Shown here: one piece after another, positions 36,414 to 44,630 of the stretch
Layout: each line of letters begins with the position of its first letter
How positions within the stretch are numbered: position 1 is the stretch's first letter
Assembly (NCBI GenBank): GCA_964419575.1
Contig: CAYQQD010000001.1
Span: 7,403 to 71,402 of the forward strand
Source: an uncultured Dehalococcoidales bacterium
Lineage (GTDB): Bacteria > Chloroflexota > Dehalococcoidia > Dehalococcoidales > E44-bin46
Reading direction: 5' to 3'
Length of the DNA: 64,000 bases
Program-made: the position numbers and the translations under genes
The notes under the pieces: generated by a model
What the model was told of the DNA's origin: nothing
Seen by the model: the letters and a program-made list of their open reading frames with translations, nothing else
Databases searched by the model: none

Positions 36414-37097
36414 ATGTTAGAAATCAAGAATGTAACCAAGATTTACGGCGAGGGTGAAACTAAAGTAGTTGCCCTTAATAATGTTTCGCTTCGGGTAGAA
36501 AAAGGCGACTTTATAGCTGTTATGGGGCCTTCTGGAAGCGGTAAGTCCACCCTTTTGAATGTCATCGGTGGTCTGGACCGCCTGTCCAGCGGTGAAGTGC
36601 TCCTGGAGGGGAAGCGTATCGATAACCTAGATGAAAATGCTCTTGTTGAGATTAGAAGGGGGAAAATCGCCTACGTTTTTCAGCAGTATCATCTGATTCC
36701 ATCCCTTACTGCCTTGGAGAATGTGCTCCTGCCTTTAATCTTTGCTGAGACAAGTGGGAAGGCTGAGAGGGCACTGAATATTTTGAAAAGGGTGGGCTTA
36801 GAAAAAAGGGCGAAACATAAACCCAGCCAGTTAAGTGGTGGGGAACAACAGAGGGTAGCCATTGCTAGAGCTCTGGTTAATAACCCGTTACTTGTCCTGG
36901 CTGATGAGCCAACAGGTAATATGGACCAAGAAACGGGTCAGAAAATCTTGCATTTATTCGACCAGCTAAATAGAGAGGGGCACAGCATTATTATGGTTAC
37001 CCATAACCCTGAGATAGCCAAATATGCTGGAGAAATTATAGTCCTGCGTGATGGGCAAGTTATAGATAGGATTAATCAAAGAGGAGGAAACCAATAA
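36414..37097 (+). CDS. ABC transporter ATP-binding protein (MacB/LolD-type)
   Basis: '[12 protein letters not shown]', Walker A 'GPSGSGKST', '[15 protein letters not shown]', 'LADEPTGN'. GAGGTG lies 7 nt before the ATG at 36414. Confidence 0.9.
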   Translation: MLEIKNVTKIYGEGETKVVALNNVSLRVEKGDFIAVMGPSGSGKSTLLNVIGGLDRLSSGEVLLEGKRIDNLDENALVEIRRGKIAYVFQQYHLIPSLTALENVLLPLIFAETSGKAERALNILKRVGLEKRAKHKPSQLSGGEQQRVAIARALVNNPLLVLADEPTGNMDQETGQKILHLFDQLNREGHSIIMVTHNPEIAKYAGEIIVLRDGQVIDRINQRGGNQ

Positions 37098-37655
37098 ATG
37101 TTAAAGAGAATCATTGCCTGGTTTATGTTATTACCGCTGGTTGTGATGTTGCTTCTAGGCGCTTGTGCTGGCCCAACGTCAACACCAGCACCGGAGTCGA
37201 CTCCAACACCAGCGCCGACACTGGAACCGACACTACCACCAGCACCAATGCTGACATTGGAACCACCAGCACCGGCAGCCTTCCAGATTACCGATTTAGA
37301 AATCAATCCGACAGTGGCTAGCCCTGGACAGAGGGTAACTATCAGCGCTAAGTTGACAAATACTGGTGACACTGGGGATAGCTACACAATGGAACTGTTT
37401 ATAAATGATGTTGCTGAGGTAGCAGAGGTAGCAAAGGAAGTAACTATACCTTCTGGTCAAACCAGGGAGTTGCGTTTCTCAGAGTTTTTCAAGACACCGG
37501 GTACTTATCGAGTTAACTTGGGTGAGCTTATCGGACAATTTGTGATAGTTGAGTCAGGCGAGCTAACACAATCAAGTACCCCCGGCTGCTGCTCCGGTGC
37601 GCCTGATTCCAGTACCTCGGATAGTTCTAGTTGCAGGTGTTGTTCACGCCGTTAG
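37098..37655 (+). CDS. lipoprotein with a Pro/Thr-rich linker, a CARDB-like Ig domain and a Cys-rich C-terminal tail
   Basis: 185 aa. Lipobox 'LLGAC'. 'ASPGQRVTISAKLTNTGDTGDSYTMELFIND' is CARDB-like. The tail reads 'PGCCSGAPDSSTSDSSSCRCCSRR'. Confidence 0.7.
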   Translation: MLKRIIAWFMLLPLVVMLLLGACAGPTSTPAPESTPTPAPTLEPTLPPAPMLTLEPPAPAAFQITDLEINPTVASPGQRVTISAKLTNTGDTGDSYTMELFINDVAEVAEVAKEVTIPSGQTRELRFSEFFKTPGTYRVNLGELIGQFVIVESGELTQSSTPGCCSGAPDSSTSDSSSCRCCSRR

Positions 37656-37727
37656 GAGTTATTCGAGCTTTTCTCCCACTGTGCCTGCTTCCACTACTCT
37701 ATTTACACACAAAGGAGGATACAATAG

Positions 37728-38303
37728 ATGTTAAGAAAAATAGGAATAGGAGCCTTGGTAGTTTCGCTAGTATTAATCCTTGCCGGGTGTGCTGGCTCAC
37801 CACCAGCATCGGCACCTACTCCGCCGCCGGCACCAGTACCTACGTCACCGCCATCACCAGCCCCTACTCCGCCACCAAGTCCAAAGCCATCGGGGCCAAT
37901 AGAGGCGACATGGATTGAGCCACAACTAGATGGCGATACTGTGTCCATCCCAGTAAGTGAGATTGAGGACAATTGGAATACCCACTTTAAGCTGAGGACA
38001 AGGGTTGATGATAAGAGTGTCAGGCTGAATTTCATGGCATACATACTTGATGGAGAAATCTACGTTCGGGCGAACGTTTGCCCCCCTTGTCGCTCGGTAG
38101 GCTATGCTCTTGAAAATGACATCCTAATATGCGATACGTGTGCGACTACCTTCAATGCCAAAACCGGCGACGGTATTGGGGGAGCCTGTGTTGATTATCC
38201 CAAGGCAGTCGTGCCATATGAAATCACTAATAACCAATTAGTAATGAATGGAGCCGACCTAATAACTGCCTACGAGGACACCCTTAACCCCGGCTGGCCC
38301 TAA
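37728..38303 (+). CDS. lipoprotein with a Pro-rich linker and a Cys4 domain (DUF2318-like)
   Basis: 191 aa. Lipobox 'LAGC', and 'VCPPCRSVGY...ICDTCATTF' with two CxxC pairs. Confidence 0.65.
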   Translation: MLRKIGIGALVVSLVLILAGCAGSPPASAPTPPPAPVPTSPPSPAPTPPPSPKPSGPIEATWIEPQLDGDTVSIPVSEIEDNWNTHFKLRTRVDDKSVRLNFMAYILDGEIYVRANVCPPCRSVGYALENDILICDTCATTFNAKTGDGIGGACVDYPKAVVPYEITNNQLVMNGADLITAYEDTLNPGWP

Positions 38304-38320
38304 ATTAAAAGAAAAGAGGA

Positions 38321-40357
38321 TTGTCAGTGCAAAGAGGCTTTTATTTTGACCAGACTAGATGTATCGGGTGCTTCACCTGTTGTGTAGCCTGTAAGGATTG
38401 GCATGATATACCTGCCGGGCCAGCCCACTGGCGGAGGGTAGCCCCGTTTGAAGACAGTAAATTTCCTCGGCCTTTCCTGGCCTACCTTTCCGCTGCCTGC
38501 TACCATTGTGAGAACCCTCTCTGCGCCGTAGTTTGTCCTGCCGAAGCGATAACCAGAAGGGAAGACGGCATAGTCGTAGTGGACAGGGAAAAGTGTCAGG
38601 AGAGCGCTCGTTGTGGTATTACCCTCACCAATGGCAGTGGCCAGATAAATGTGTCTGCCTGTGAGGTAACCTGTCCCGCTCATGTTGATGTACCAGGCTA
38701 CATCGCTCTAATTAGTAAAGGTAAGTTTAAGGAAGCGCTAGACTTAATGCGAGAGAAACTACCTTTACCTGGCGTTTTGGGCAGGGTGTGCTCTCACCCT
38801 TGTGAAAGTGAGTGCAAAAGGGGTGAAGTTGATAAACCTCTGGCTATCAGAGACCTCAAGCGATTCGCCTATGATGCGGTAGCTGATGAAAAGCCTGTCC
38901 CTCTGCCTAGGACAAAAGAGCAAAGTGTAGCCATTATCGGCTCAGGGCCAGCAGGACTTTCTGTAGCCTACGACCTGATAAGAAAAGGCTATAAGGTTAC
39001 AATCTTTGAAGCACTTCCTGTCATAGGGGGCATGGTGGTGGTGGGTATTCCTCGTTACCGACTGCCCACAGAGGTCTTGAACCGGGACATTGAGTACCTT
39101 AAAGGTCTGGGGATAGAAATTAAGGCCAATACACCTATTGGTAAGGAGACGACTTTGGATGACCTATCCCGCCAAGGTTACGACGCCATCTTCATCGCAG
39201 TGGGGGCTCATAATGGGCGTAAGCTCCCTATTCCTGGCGCTGAAGCTGATAATGTATTAGTGGGTACCTCATTCTTGCGCGATGTAAACCTGGGCAATAA
39301 CATCAAGCTGGGTCAGAGAGTGCTAGTGCTTGGTGGCGGTGGTATAGCCATTGATTGTGCTCGTGTTGCTCTTCGCCTAGGTGCGCAAAAAGTAGAAGCT
39401 GCCTGCCTGGAGTCCCGGGAGCAGATGCCAGCCTTAGACTCTGATATCGCTGAAGCTGAGAGGGAAGGGATAATCATTCACCCCTCGCGTACCTTTAAAC
39501 AAGTTGTGTGTCAGGATGGATGTGCTACTGGAGTAGAGTGCCTTAAATTGCGCTGGATGGAGTTTGATAAGGATGGGAAGCTGCACATAGACCCCATCGA
39601 AGGGTCAGAGCATGTCTTATCTGCAGATACGATTATATTCGCCATTGGTCAATCTCCAGACCTCGATACCCTCTTGGCAGGCACTGACATCGAGGTAACC
39701 AAACGCGGCACCATCGCTGTGGACCCTGAAACTCTACAAACCAGCCGCCCTGGAGTTTTTGCTGGGGGAGACGCAGTTACAGGAACGGCTTGGGTTATCG
39801 ACGCTATTGCCGCTGGGCAAAGGGCGGCATTTTACATTGACCACTATCTAAGGGGGGAAGTCCTGGGGAAGGGTTACATAGATATTCTCATAAAGGCCTC
39901 AGATATTAAAGTTGAGATACCGACTGACCTAGTTAAAGAACCGCGGCAGGAGATGCCGACTCTTGCCGTAGAGCAAAGGGAGGACAATTTTGGTGAGATT
40001 GCACTGGGATACGATGGGGAGAAAGCCATCACCGAAGCCAAGAGGTGCATGAACTGTGCCGGCAGGCTCTGCCTTAGGGTGTGTCCTTATGCTGCCCCTC
40101 AGTTTGGGGCTGAAAATAGAGCTAAAATGGAGAAATGTGACTTTTGTGTGGACAGGCTGGAAGAGGGCAAAAACCCCATCTGTGTAGATGCCTGTATTAT
40201 GCGAGCCTTAGACTGGGGCTCGATGGAAAGCCTAAAGGCAAAATATGGAGATATTCAAGAGGCTATCGGTTTTGCGTATTCATCAAGCGCCAAGCCTTCC
40301 ATCATATTTAAGCCGAAACGTCTGCCAGACAAAGCAGCTTCATCGGAGGGAAAATGA
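38321..40357 (+). CDS. DmsB-like four-cluster ferredoxin interrupted by a GltD-like NAD(P)H:FAD oxidoreductase module
   Basis: 678 aa. The N-terminus has 'FYFDQTRCIGCFTCCVACKDW' and 'CYHCENPLCAVVCP'. Residues ~93-575 carry 'GRVCSHPCESECKR' and 'AIIGSGPAGLSVAYDL'. The C-terminus has 'CMNCAGRLCLRVCPYAAPQF' and 'CDFCVDRLEEGKNPICVDAC'. Confidence 0.8.
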   Translation: MSVQRGFYFDQTRCIGCFTCCVACKDWHDIPAGPAHWRRVAPFEDSKFPRPFLAYLSAACYHCENPLCAVVCPAEAITRREDGIVVVDREKCQESARCGITLTNGSGQINVSACEVTCPAHVDVPGYIALISKGKFKEALDLMREKLPLPGVLGRVCSHPCESECKRGEVDKPLAIRDLKRFAYDAVADEKPVPLPRTKEQSVAIIGSGPAGLSVAYDLIRKGYKVTIFEALPVIGGMVVVGIPRYRLPTEVLNRDIEYLKGLGIEIKANTPIGKETTLDDLSRQGYDAIFIAVGAHNGRKLPIPGAEADNVLVGTSFLRDVNLGNNIKLGQRVLVLGGGGIAIDCARVALRLGAQKVEAACLESREQMPALDSDIAEAEREGIIIHPSRTFKQVVCQDGCATGVECLKLRWMEFDKDGKLHIDPIEGSEHVLSADTIIFAIGQSPDLDTLLAGTDIEVTKRGTIAVDPETLQTSRPGVFAGGDAVTGTAWVIDAIAAGQRAAFYIDHYLRGEVLGKGYIDILIKASDIKVEIPTDLVKEPRQEMPTLAVEQREDNFGEIALGYDGEKAITEAKRCMNCAGRLCLRVCPYAAPQFGAENRAKMEKCDFCVDRLEEGKNPICVDACIMRALDWGSMESLKAKYGDIQEAIGFAYSSSAKPSIIFKPKRLPDKAASSEGK

Positions 40358-42627
40358 GCCAAAACAGCTACCAAACGAAAACAGATGAAAAAATTGTCTA
40401 TACTGCGTGTAATAGCCACTGCGGCGGAGCATGCCTTCTTAAAGTCCACATTAAAGATGGAGTAGTTACTAGGATCGAAACCGATGATGGGGAAGAGCCT
40501 CAATTCCGTGCCTGTCTAAAATGCCGCTCTTACCGTCAGCGGTTATATGCCTCAGATCGCCTCAAGTATCCTATGAGGAGGGTTGGAGCTAGAGGTGAAG
40601 GTAAGTTTGAACCGATCTCTTGGGACGAAGCGTTTTCCACTGTAGCCAAGGAATTAATACGGGTGAGAGATACCTATGGGCCAGGAGCTATTATCTACTT
40701 CTGTTCACTGGCTGATATTCATGTTCTGCATACTATGACACCGATGCACAGACTACTCTGCATGGCGGGGGGTTATACTCCACTTTGGGGTTATTTCTCG
40801 TACGAGGGTGGCGTCTTTGCTGAATGCGCTACCTATGGAACGCATATGGCTAACAGTACCAGGGATGACCTTCTTAACTCCCGGCTGATAATAATGTGGG
40901 GGTGGGACCCGGCAGTTTCAATCCACCGCTGCAACACCCCATACTATATAGCCCAGGCTAAGGAAGCGGGTGCCAGAATCGTTGCCATAGACCCAAGGTA
41001 TACAGATTCCGCAGCCACTTTCGCTGATGAATGGATACCTATTTACCCCGGCACTGATGCCGCCATGCTTATTGCCATGGCTTATGTCATTATTACGGCA
41101 AACCTCCAGGACCAAGCATTCCTCGATAAATATACTGTAGGTTTTGAGAAATTTAGCGACCATGTATTAGGCATTGAAGATGGTATACCAAAGACACCCG
41201 CCTGGGCAGAGGCCATTACTGGCGTAAAGGCAGCTACCATCGAGGGGTTAGCCAGAGAATACGCCACCACTAAGCCAGCAGCTTTGATTACTGGCATCGC
41301 CCCGGGGCGCACTGCCTATGGTGAGCAATATCACCGTGCTGCTATTACTTTATCGGCTATGACCGGCAATATAGGTCTCAGCGGGGGAAGCTCTGCCGGC
41401 AGGGCATGGGGTGGTGAGTACTGGGGTGGGGAGATGCCTTTCTTAGCCCACATCAAGGGTCGGATGCGGTCTCCGAAAAATCCGGTTGAAAAGGGATGGC
41501 CAGCGCGCCGGGATACCATTAAGGCGCGTGGTCCTAACACAAATAGCAGTGTGAAAATAAACGTTGGTCAGATAGCCGATGCCATATTAAGGGGCAAGGC
41601 TGGTGGCTATCCAGCTGATTACAAGCTTCTCTACTTGGCAAACACTAACTATATTAACCAGGTTCTAAATACCAACAAGGCGATAGAAGCTTTTAAGGCT
41701 CTGGAGTTTATTGTTGTCCAGGAGCAATTTATGACAGTTACTGCCAAGTACGCCGATATATTGCTCCCAGTCAATACCTATTTTGAAAGAAATGACTTTA
41801 CCAGCGGTGGGGCTACTCCTTGGTATGGCCTGGTAAACAAGTGTGTTGAGCCTCTTTATGAATCTAAGTCTCACCTTGAAATAGCCAGCGGAATAGCCAA
41901 GGCAATGGGTATTGATGATTATAATGATAAGACGGAAGAGGAATGGCTAAAGGGTATAGTAGAAGGATATAGAGAGGTCTTTGCCCAAGACAAAGAAGGT
42001 CCCGATTACCAAGCACTTAAGCAGAAGGCGTTATATAAATTCCCAACCGATGGGCCCTATGTTGCGTTTAAGAACCAGATTGAAGACTTGGGCAATCACC
42101 CTTTCCCCACTCCTTCAGGTAAAATTGAAATATTCTCGCAAGAGCTAGCTGATTGGCATAACCCTCAGCTACCACCCATTCCCAAGTACATTGAGACCTG
42201 GGAGGGGCGAAATGACCCTCTGGTGAAGAAGTATCCATTACAGCTGGTTACTACCCATTCTCGTAGACGGGCGCACAGTCAGTTCGACAATATACCTTGG
42301 CTTAGAGAGTTGATTACGCAGAGTGTGCAGATAAATACCGAAGATGCCCGGGCTAGAGGCATCAGCAACGGCGACTTAGTGCGAGTCTTTAATGACCGAG
42401 GACAAACGGTTCTCCCGGCTGAGGTAACACAAAGGATAATGCCCGGTGTAGTGAACATTCCGCAGGGTGCTTGGTATGACCCCGATGAAAATGGGATAGA
42501 ACGTGGCGGCTGCGTCAATGTGCTGACCAAGGATGCCAAATCACCCGGTGGTGCATTTTGCACCAATACTACTTTGGTCGAGGTTGAAAAGTGGGGGGAG
42601 GGTGATAGGGCAGCCAGTTTACTTTAA
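40354..42627 (+). CDS. molybdopterin oxidoreductase, DmsA-like catalytic subunit without a TAT signal
   Basis: 757 aa. FS0 motif 'CNSHCGGACLLKVHIKDGVVTRIETDD' (C-x3-C-x3-C as in DmsA). The N-terminus 'MSQNSYQTKTDEK' has no twin arginine. 4-nt overlap with the upstream gene. Confidence 0.85.
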   Translation: MSQNSYQTKTDEKIVYTACNSHCGGACLLKVHIKDGVVTRIETDDGEEPQFRACLKCRSYRQRLYASDRLKYPMRRVGARGEGKFEPISWDEAFSTVAKELIRVRDTYGPGAIIYFCSLADIHVLHTMTPMHRLLCMAGGYTPLWGYFSYEGGVFAECATYGTHMANSTRDDLLNSRLIIMWGWDPAVSIHRCNTPYYIAQAKEAGARIVAIDPRYTDSAATFADEWIPIYPGTDAAMLIAMAYVIITANLQDQAFLDKYTVGFEKFSDHVLGIEDGIPKTPAWAEAITGVKAATIEGLAREYATTKPAALITGIAPGRTAYGEQYHRAAITLSAMTGNIGLSGGSSAGRAWGGEYWGGEMPFLAHIKGRMRSPKNPVEKGWPARRDTIKARGPNTNSSVKINVGQIADAILRGKAGGYPADYKLLYLANTNYINQVLNTNKAIEAFKALEFIVVQEQFMTVTAKYADILLPVNTYFERNDFTSGGATPWYGLVNKCVEPLYESKSHLEIASGIAKAMGIDDYNDKTEEEWLKGIVEGYREVFAQDKEGPDYQALKQKALYKFPTDGPYVAFKNQIEDLGNHPFPTPSGKIEIFSQELADWHNPQLPPIPKYIETWEGRNDPLVKKYPLQLVTTHSRRRAHSQFDNIPWLRELITQSVQINTEDARARGISNGDLVRVFNDRGQTVLPAEVTQRIMPGVVNIPQGAWYDPDENGIERGGCVNVLTKDAKSPGGAFCTNTTLVEVEKWGEGDRAASLL

Positions 42628-42648
42628 TAAAGGGTGCGACATTTACAA

Positions 42649-43122
42649 ATGAGCAAGATAATTGCAGTCTGTAAGAGCAAGAAAAAAGGTACTAGGAAGA
42701 AACCTGTAGCCAAAGGTGTCATCAAAGAAGGTTACGGTCTTGTCGGTGATGCTCACGCCGATTGCTGTACTCATCGTCAGGTAAGCCTGCTGGCAACTGA
42801 AAGTATTGACAAAATGCGCAAGTTAGGCGTGGATGTAGGCCCTGGAGATTTTGCTGAAAATCTCACTACCGAAGGAATAGACTTGCTCTCGTTACCGATT
42901 GGCACACATATATTTGTAGGAGGAGAGATTGTCTTAGAAATTACCCAGATTGGTAAAGACTGCCATACTACCGGATGTGCTATTTACCGTCAAATGGGCA
43001 AATGCATTATGCCCAAAGAGGGAGTATTTACCAAGGTAATCAAGGGAGGACTGGTTAAAGTGGGGGACGCGATAAGAGTCTGGGAGAAGGCAACAATCAA
43101 CAAAAGAGGAAAGGAAGGTTAA
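42649..43122 (+). CDS. MOSC domain protein
   Basis: 'GLVGDAHAD...HRQVSLL...GDFAENLTTEGIDL...' MOSC layout. The ATG at 42649 is preferred over the GTG at 42634. Confidence 0.75.
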   Translation: MSKIIAVCKSKKKGTRKKPVAKGVIKEGYGLVGDAHADCCTHRQVSLLATESIDKMRKLGVDVGPGDFAENLTTEGIDLLSLPIGTHIFVGGEIVLEITQIGKDCHTTGCAIYRQMGKCIMPKEGVFTKVIKGGLVKVGDAIRVWEKATINKRGKEG

Positions 43123-43123
43123 T

Positions 43124-43222
43124 ATGGATAAGCGACGACGTCGCATTCTATATACTTTACTTGGGATTGGTATCGCGGCACTTTGCGTTGGCCTAGTCCT
43201 CCTATTTACGTATTCAGGCTGA
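43124..43222 (+). CDS. 32-codon small membrane protein (not in the ORF track)
   Basis: My own translation is 'MDKRRRRILYTLLGIGIAALCVGLVLLFTYSG'. GGAAGG lies 6-7 nt upstream, and the ORF fills the gap between MOSC and nadA. Confidence 0.45.
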   Translation: MDKRRRRILYTLLGIGIAALCVGLVLLFTYSG

Positions 43223-43247
43223 AGCTGGCCGGAAAGGAGGATTAACA

Positions 43248-44216
43248 ATGGGAAATAGGGATGCTGAACTAATTGAGAAAATTCTAAACCTTAAGAAAAG
43301 GAGGAACGCTGTTTTCCTCGCCCATAACTACCAATTGGGTGAGGTTCAGGATATAGCTGATTTTGTCGGTGATTCTTTAGAATTGAGTCAAAACGCAGCG
43401 AAGACAGACGCTGATGTAATTTTATTTTGTGGTGTTCATTTTATGGCAGAGACAGCCTCTATCCTTTGTCCGAATAAGATAATCTTGTTACCTGATATAA
43501 ATGCCGGCTGCCCTATGGCAGACATGGTAACTGCTGAAAGGCTAAAGGAGAGAAAACGGGAATTCCCAAATGCCACCGTGGTTTGCTATATCAACTCTTC
43601 GGCAGAGGTAAAGGCAGAGTCAGACGTTTGCTGCACCTCGGCCAATGCGGTCAAGGTTATAGAGAGCTTAGACAGAAAGGAAATACTATTTGTTCCCGAC
43701 CAGTACCTGGGTCATTATATTTCCACCAAGACTGGTAAAAAGATGATACTTTGGCCTGGCTTCTGCCCCACTCATCTAAGGATTCGGCCTGAAGACATTA
43801 CACGACTGAAACAGGAATATCCTCAGGCCAAGGTGGTGGTCCATCCTGAGTGCCGACCTGAGGTCATCAACCTTGCTGATGAAGTCTTGAGCACCGGGGG
43901 GATTTGCCGATATGCAAGGCAAGAAGATATCACCCAGATGATTGTGGGAACAGAAATAGGCATAATACACCGGCTCAGAAAAGAGAACCCGGGCAAGAGA
44001 TTCATTCCTGCCTCTGAACAGGCAATCTGCCCCAGAATGAAGCTAATCACCCTAGAAAAGATACTATGGTCTCTGGAGGAGATGACGCCTCAAGTAAAGG
44101 TTCCTGAAGGGATTCGTATCAAGGCAAAATTGGTTGTGGACAAGATGTTAGAAATAGGCAGGGCTGGTTCAGAGAAAGATGTATCTATTCTCCATGCCTG
44201 CCCGCGTCACCAGTAA
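43248..44216 (+). CDS. nadA: quinolinate synthase
   Basis: 322 aa. 'FLAHNYQLGEVQDIADFVGDS' and 'GVHFMAETA' with typical NadA length. Confidence 0.9.
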   Translation: MGNRDAELIEKILNLKKRRNAVFLAHNYQLGEVQDIADFVGDSLELSQNAAKTDADVILFCGVHFMAETASILCPNKIILLPDINAGCPMADMVTAERLKERKREFPNATVVCYINSSAEVKAESDVCCTSANAVKVIESLDRKEILFVPDQYLGHYISTKTGKKMILWPGFCPTHLRIRPEDITRLKQEYPQAKVVVHPECRPEVINLADEVLSTGGICRYARQEDITQMIVGTEIGIIHRLRKENPGKRFIPASEQAICPRMKLITLEKILWSLEEMTPQVKVPEGIRIKAKLVVDKMLEIGRAGSEKDVSILHACPRHQ

Positions 44217-44320
44217 CAGTTCCACATATTTCCTCCCACCACAATGACAAAGCTCACCACTGTGCTATTCGTTCTTCGATTGACAGACATTCTATAATTA
44301 ATGCAAGCTAATAATTGCAA

Positions 44321-44490
44321 CGGTAGGAGAGACCTTTAATAGAGAGACGGGGGTGAGCTCATGGTCTTGAAACTTTCAGGCAAAAGGACTACCATTGGCA
44401 ACATCTCTGGAGAGACCATTGCGTGCGGCCACCGAAGGGGTAAGTCCGCAAATAGGGAGCGGACAATCTTTCAAGCAGAAGGAAAGGGGT
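44321..44490 (+). promoter_or_regulatory. tandem glycine riboswitch (the second aptamer is canonical, the first divergent)
   Basis: Aptamer 2 reads 'CTCTGGAGAG..GGCCACCGAAGGGGTAAG...AATCTTTCAAGCAGAAGGAAAG'. Aptamer 1 reads 'GGTAGGAGAG....AACTTTCAGGCAAAAGGACTACC' and lacks a clean CACCGAAGG box. Both are on the same strand as, and upstream of, the 44631 gene. Confidence 0.7.
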
Positions 44491-44630
44491 GATAATCTGC
44501 GCTAAATCCTTGGTAAGCCTTAAAAAATGATATAGAATTTCAGAGGTAAGGACGGTTTTAAAGGAAGATAAGTATTAGTTTTTGATATGCTACCAAATTA
44601 TTGAATTAATTGAATAAAGGAGTTATGAAA

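Noticed and set aside
37076-38044. Gly/Ala/Ser/Val-rich antisense ORFs (37076-37372, 37703-38044) and the overlapping plus-strand ORF 37631-37918.
   Set aside because: They are the reverse or alternate frames of the low-complexity Pro/Thr/Ala linker DNA of the two lipoprotein genes. The lipoprotein frames have lipoboxes and folded domains, and these frames do not.
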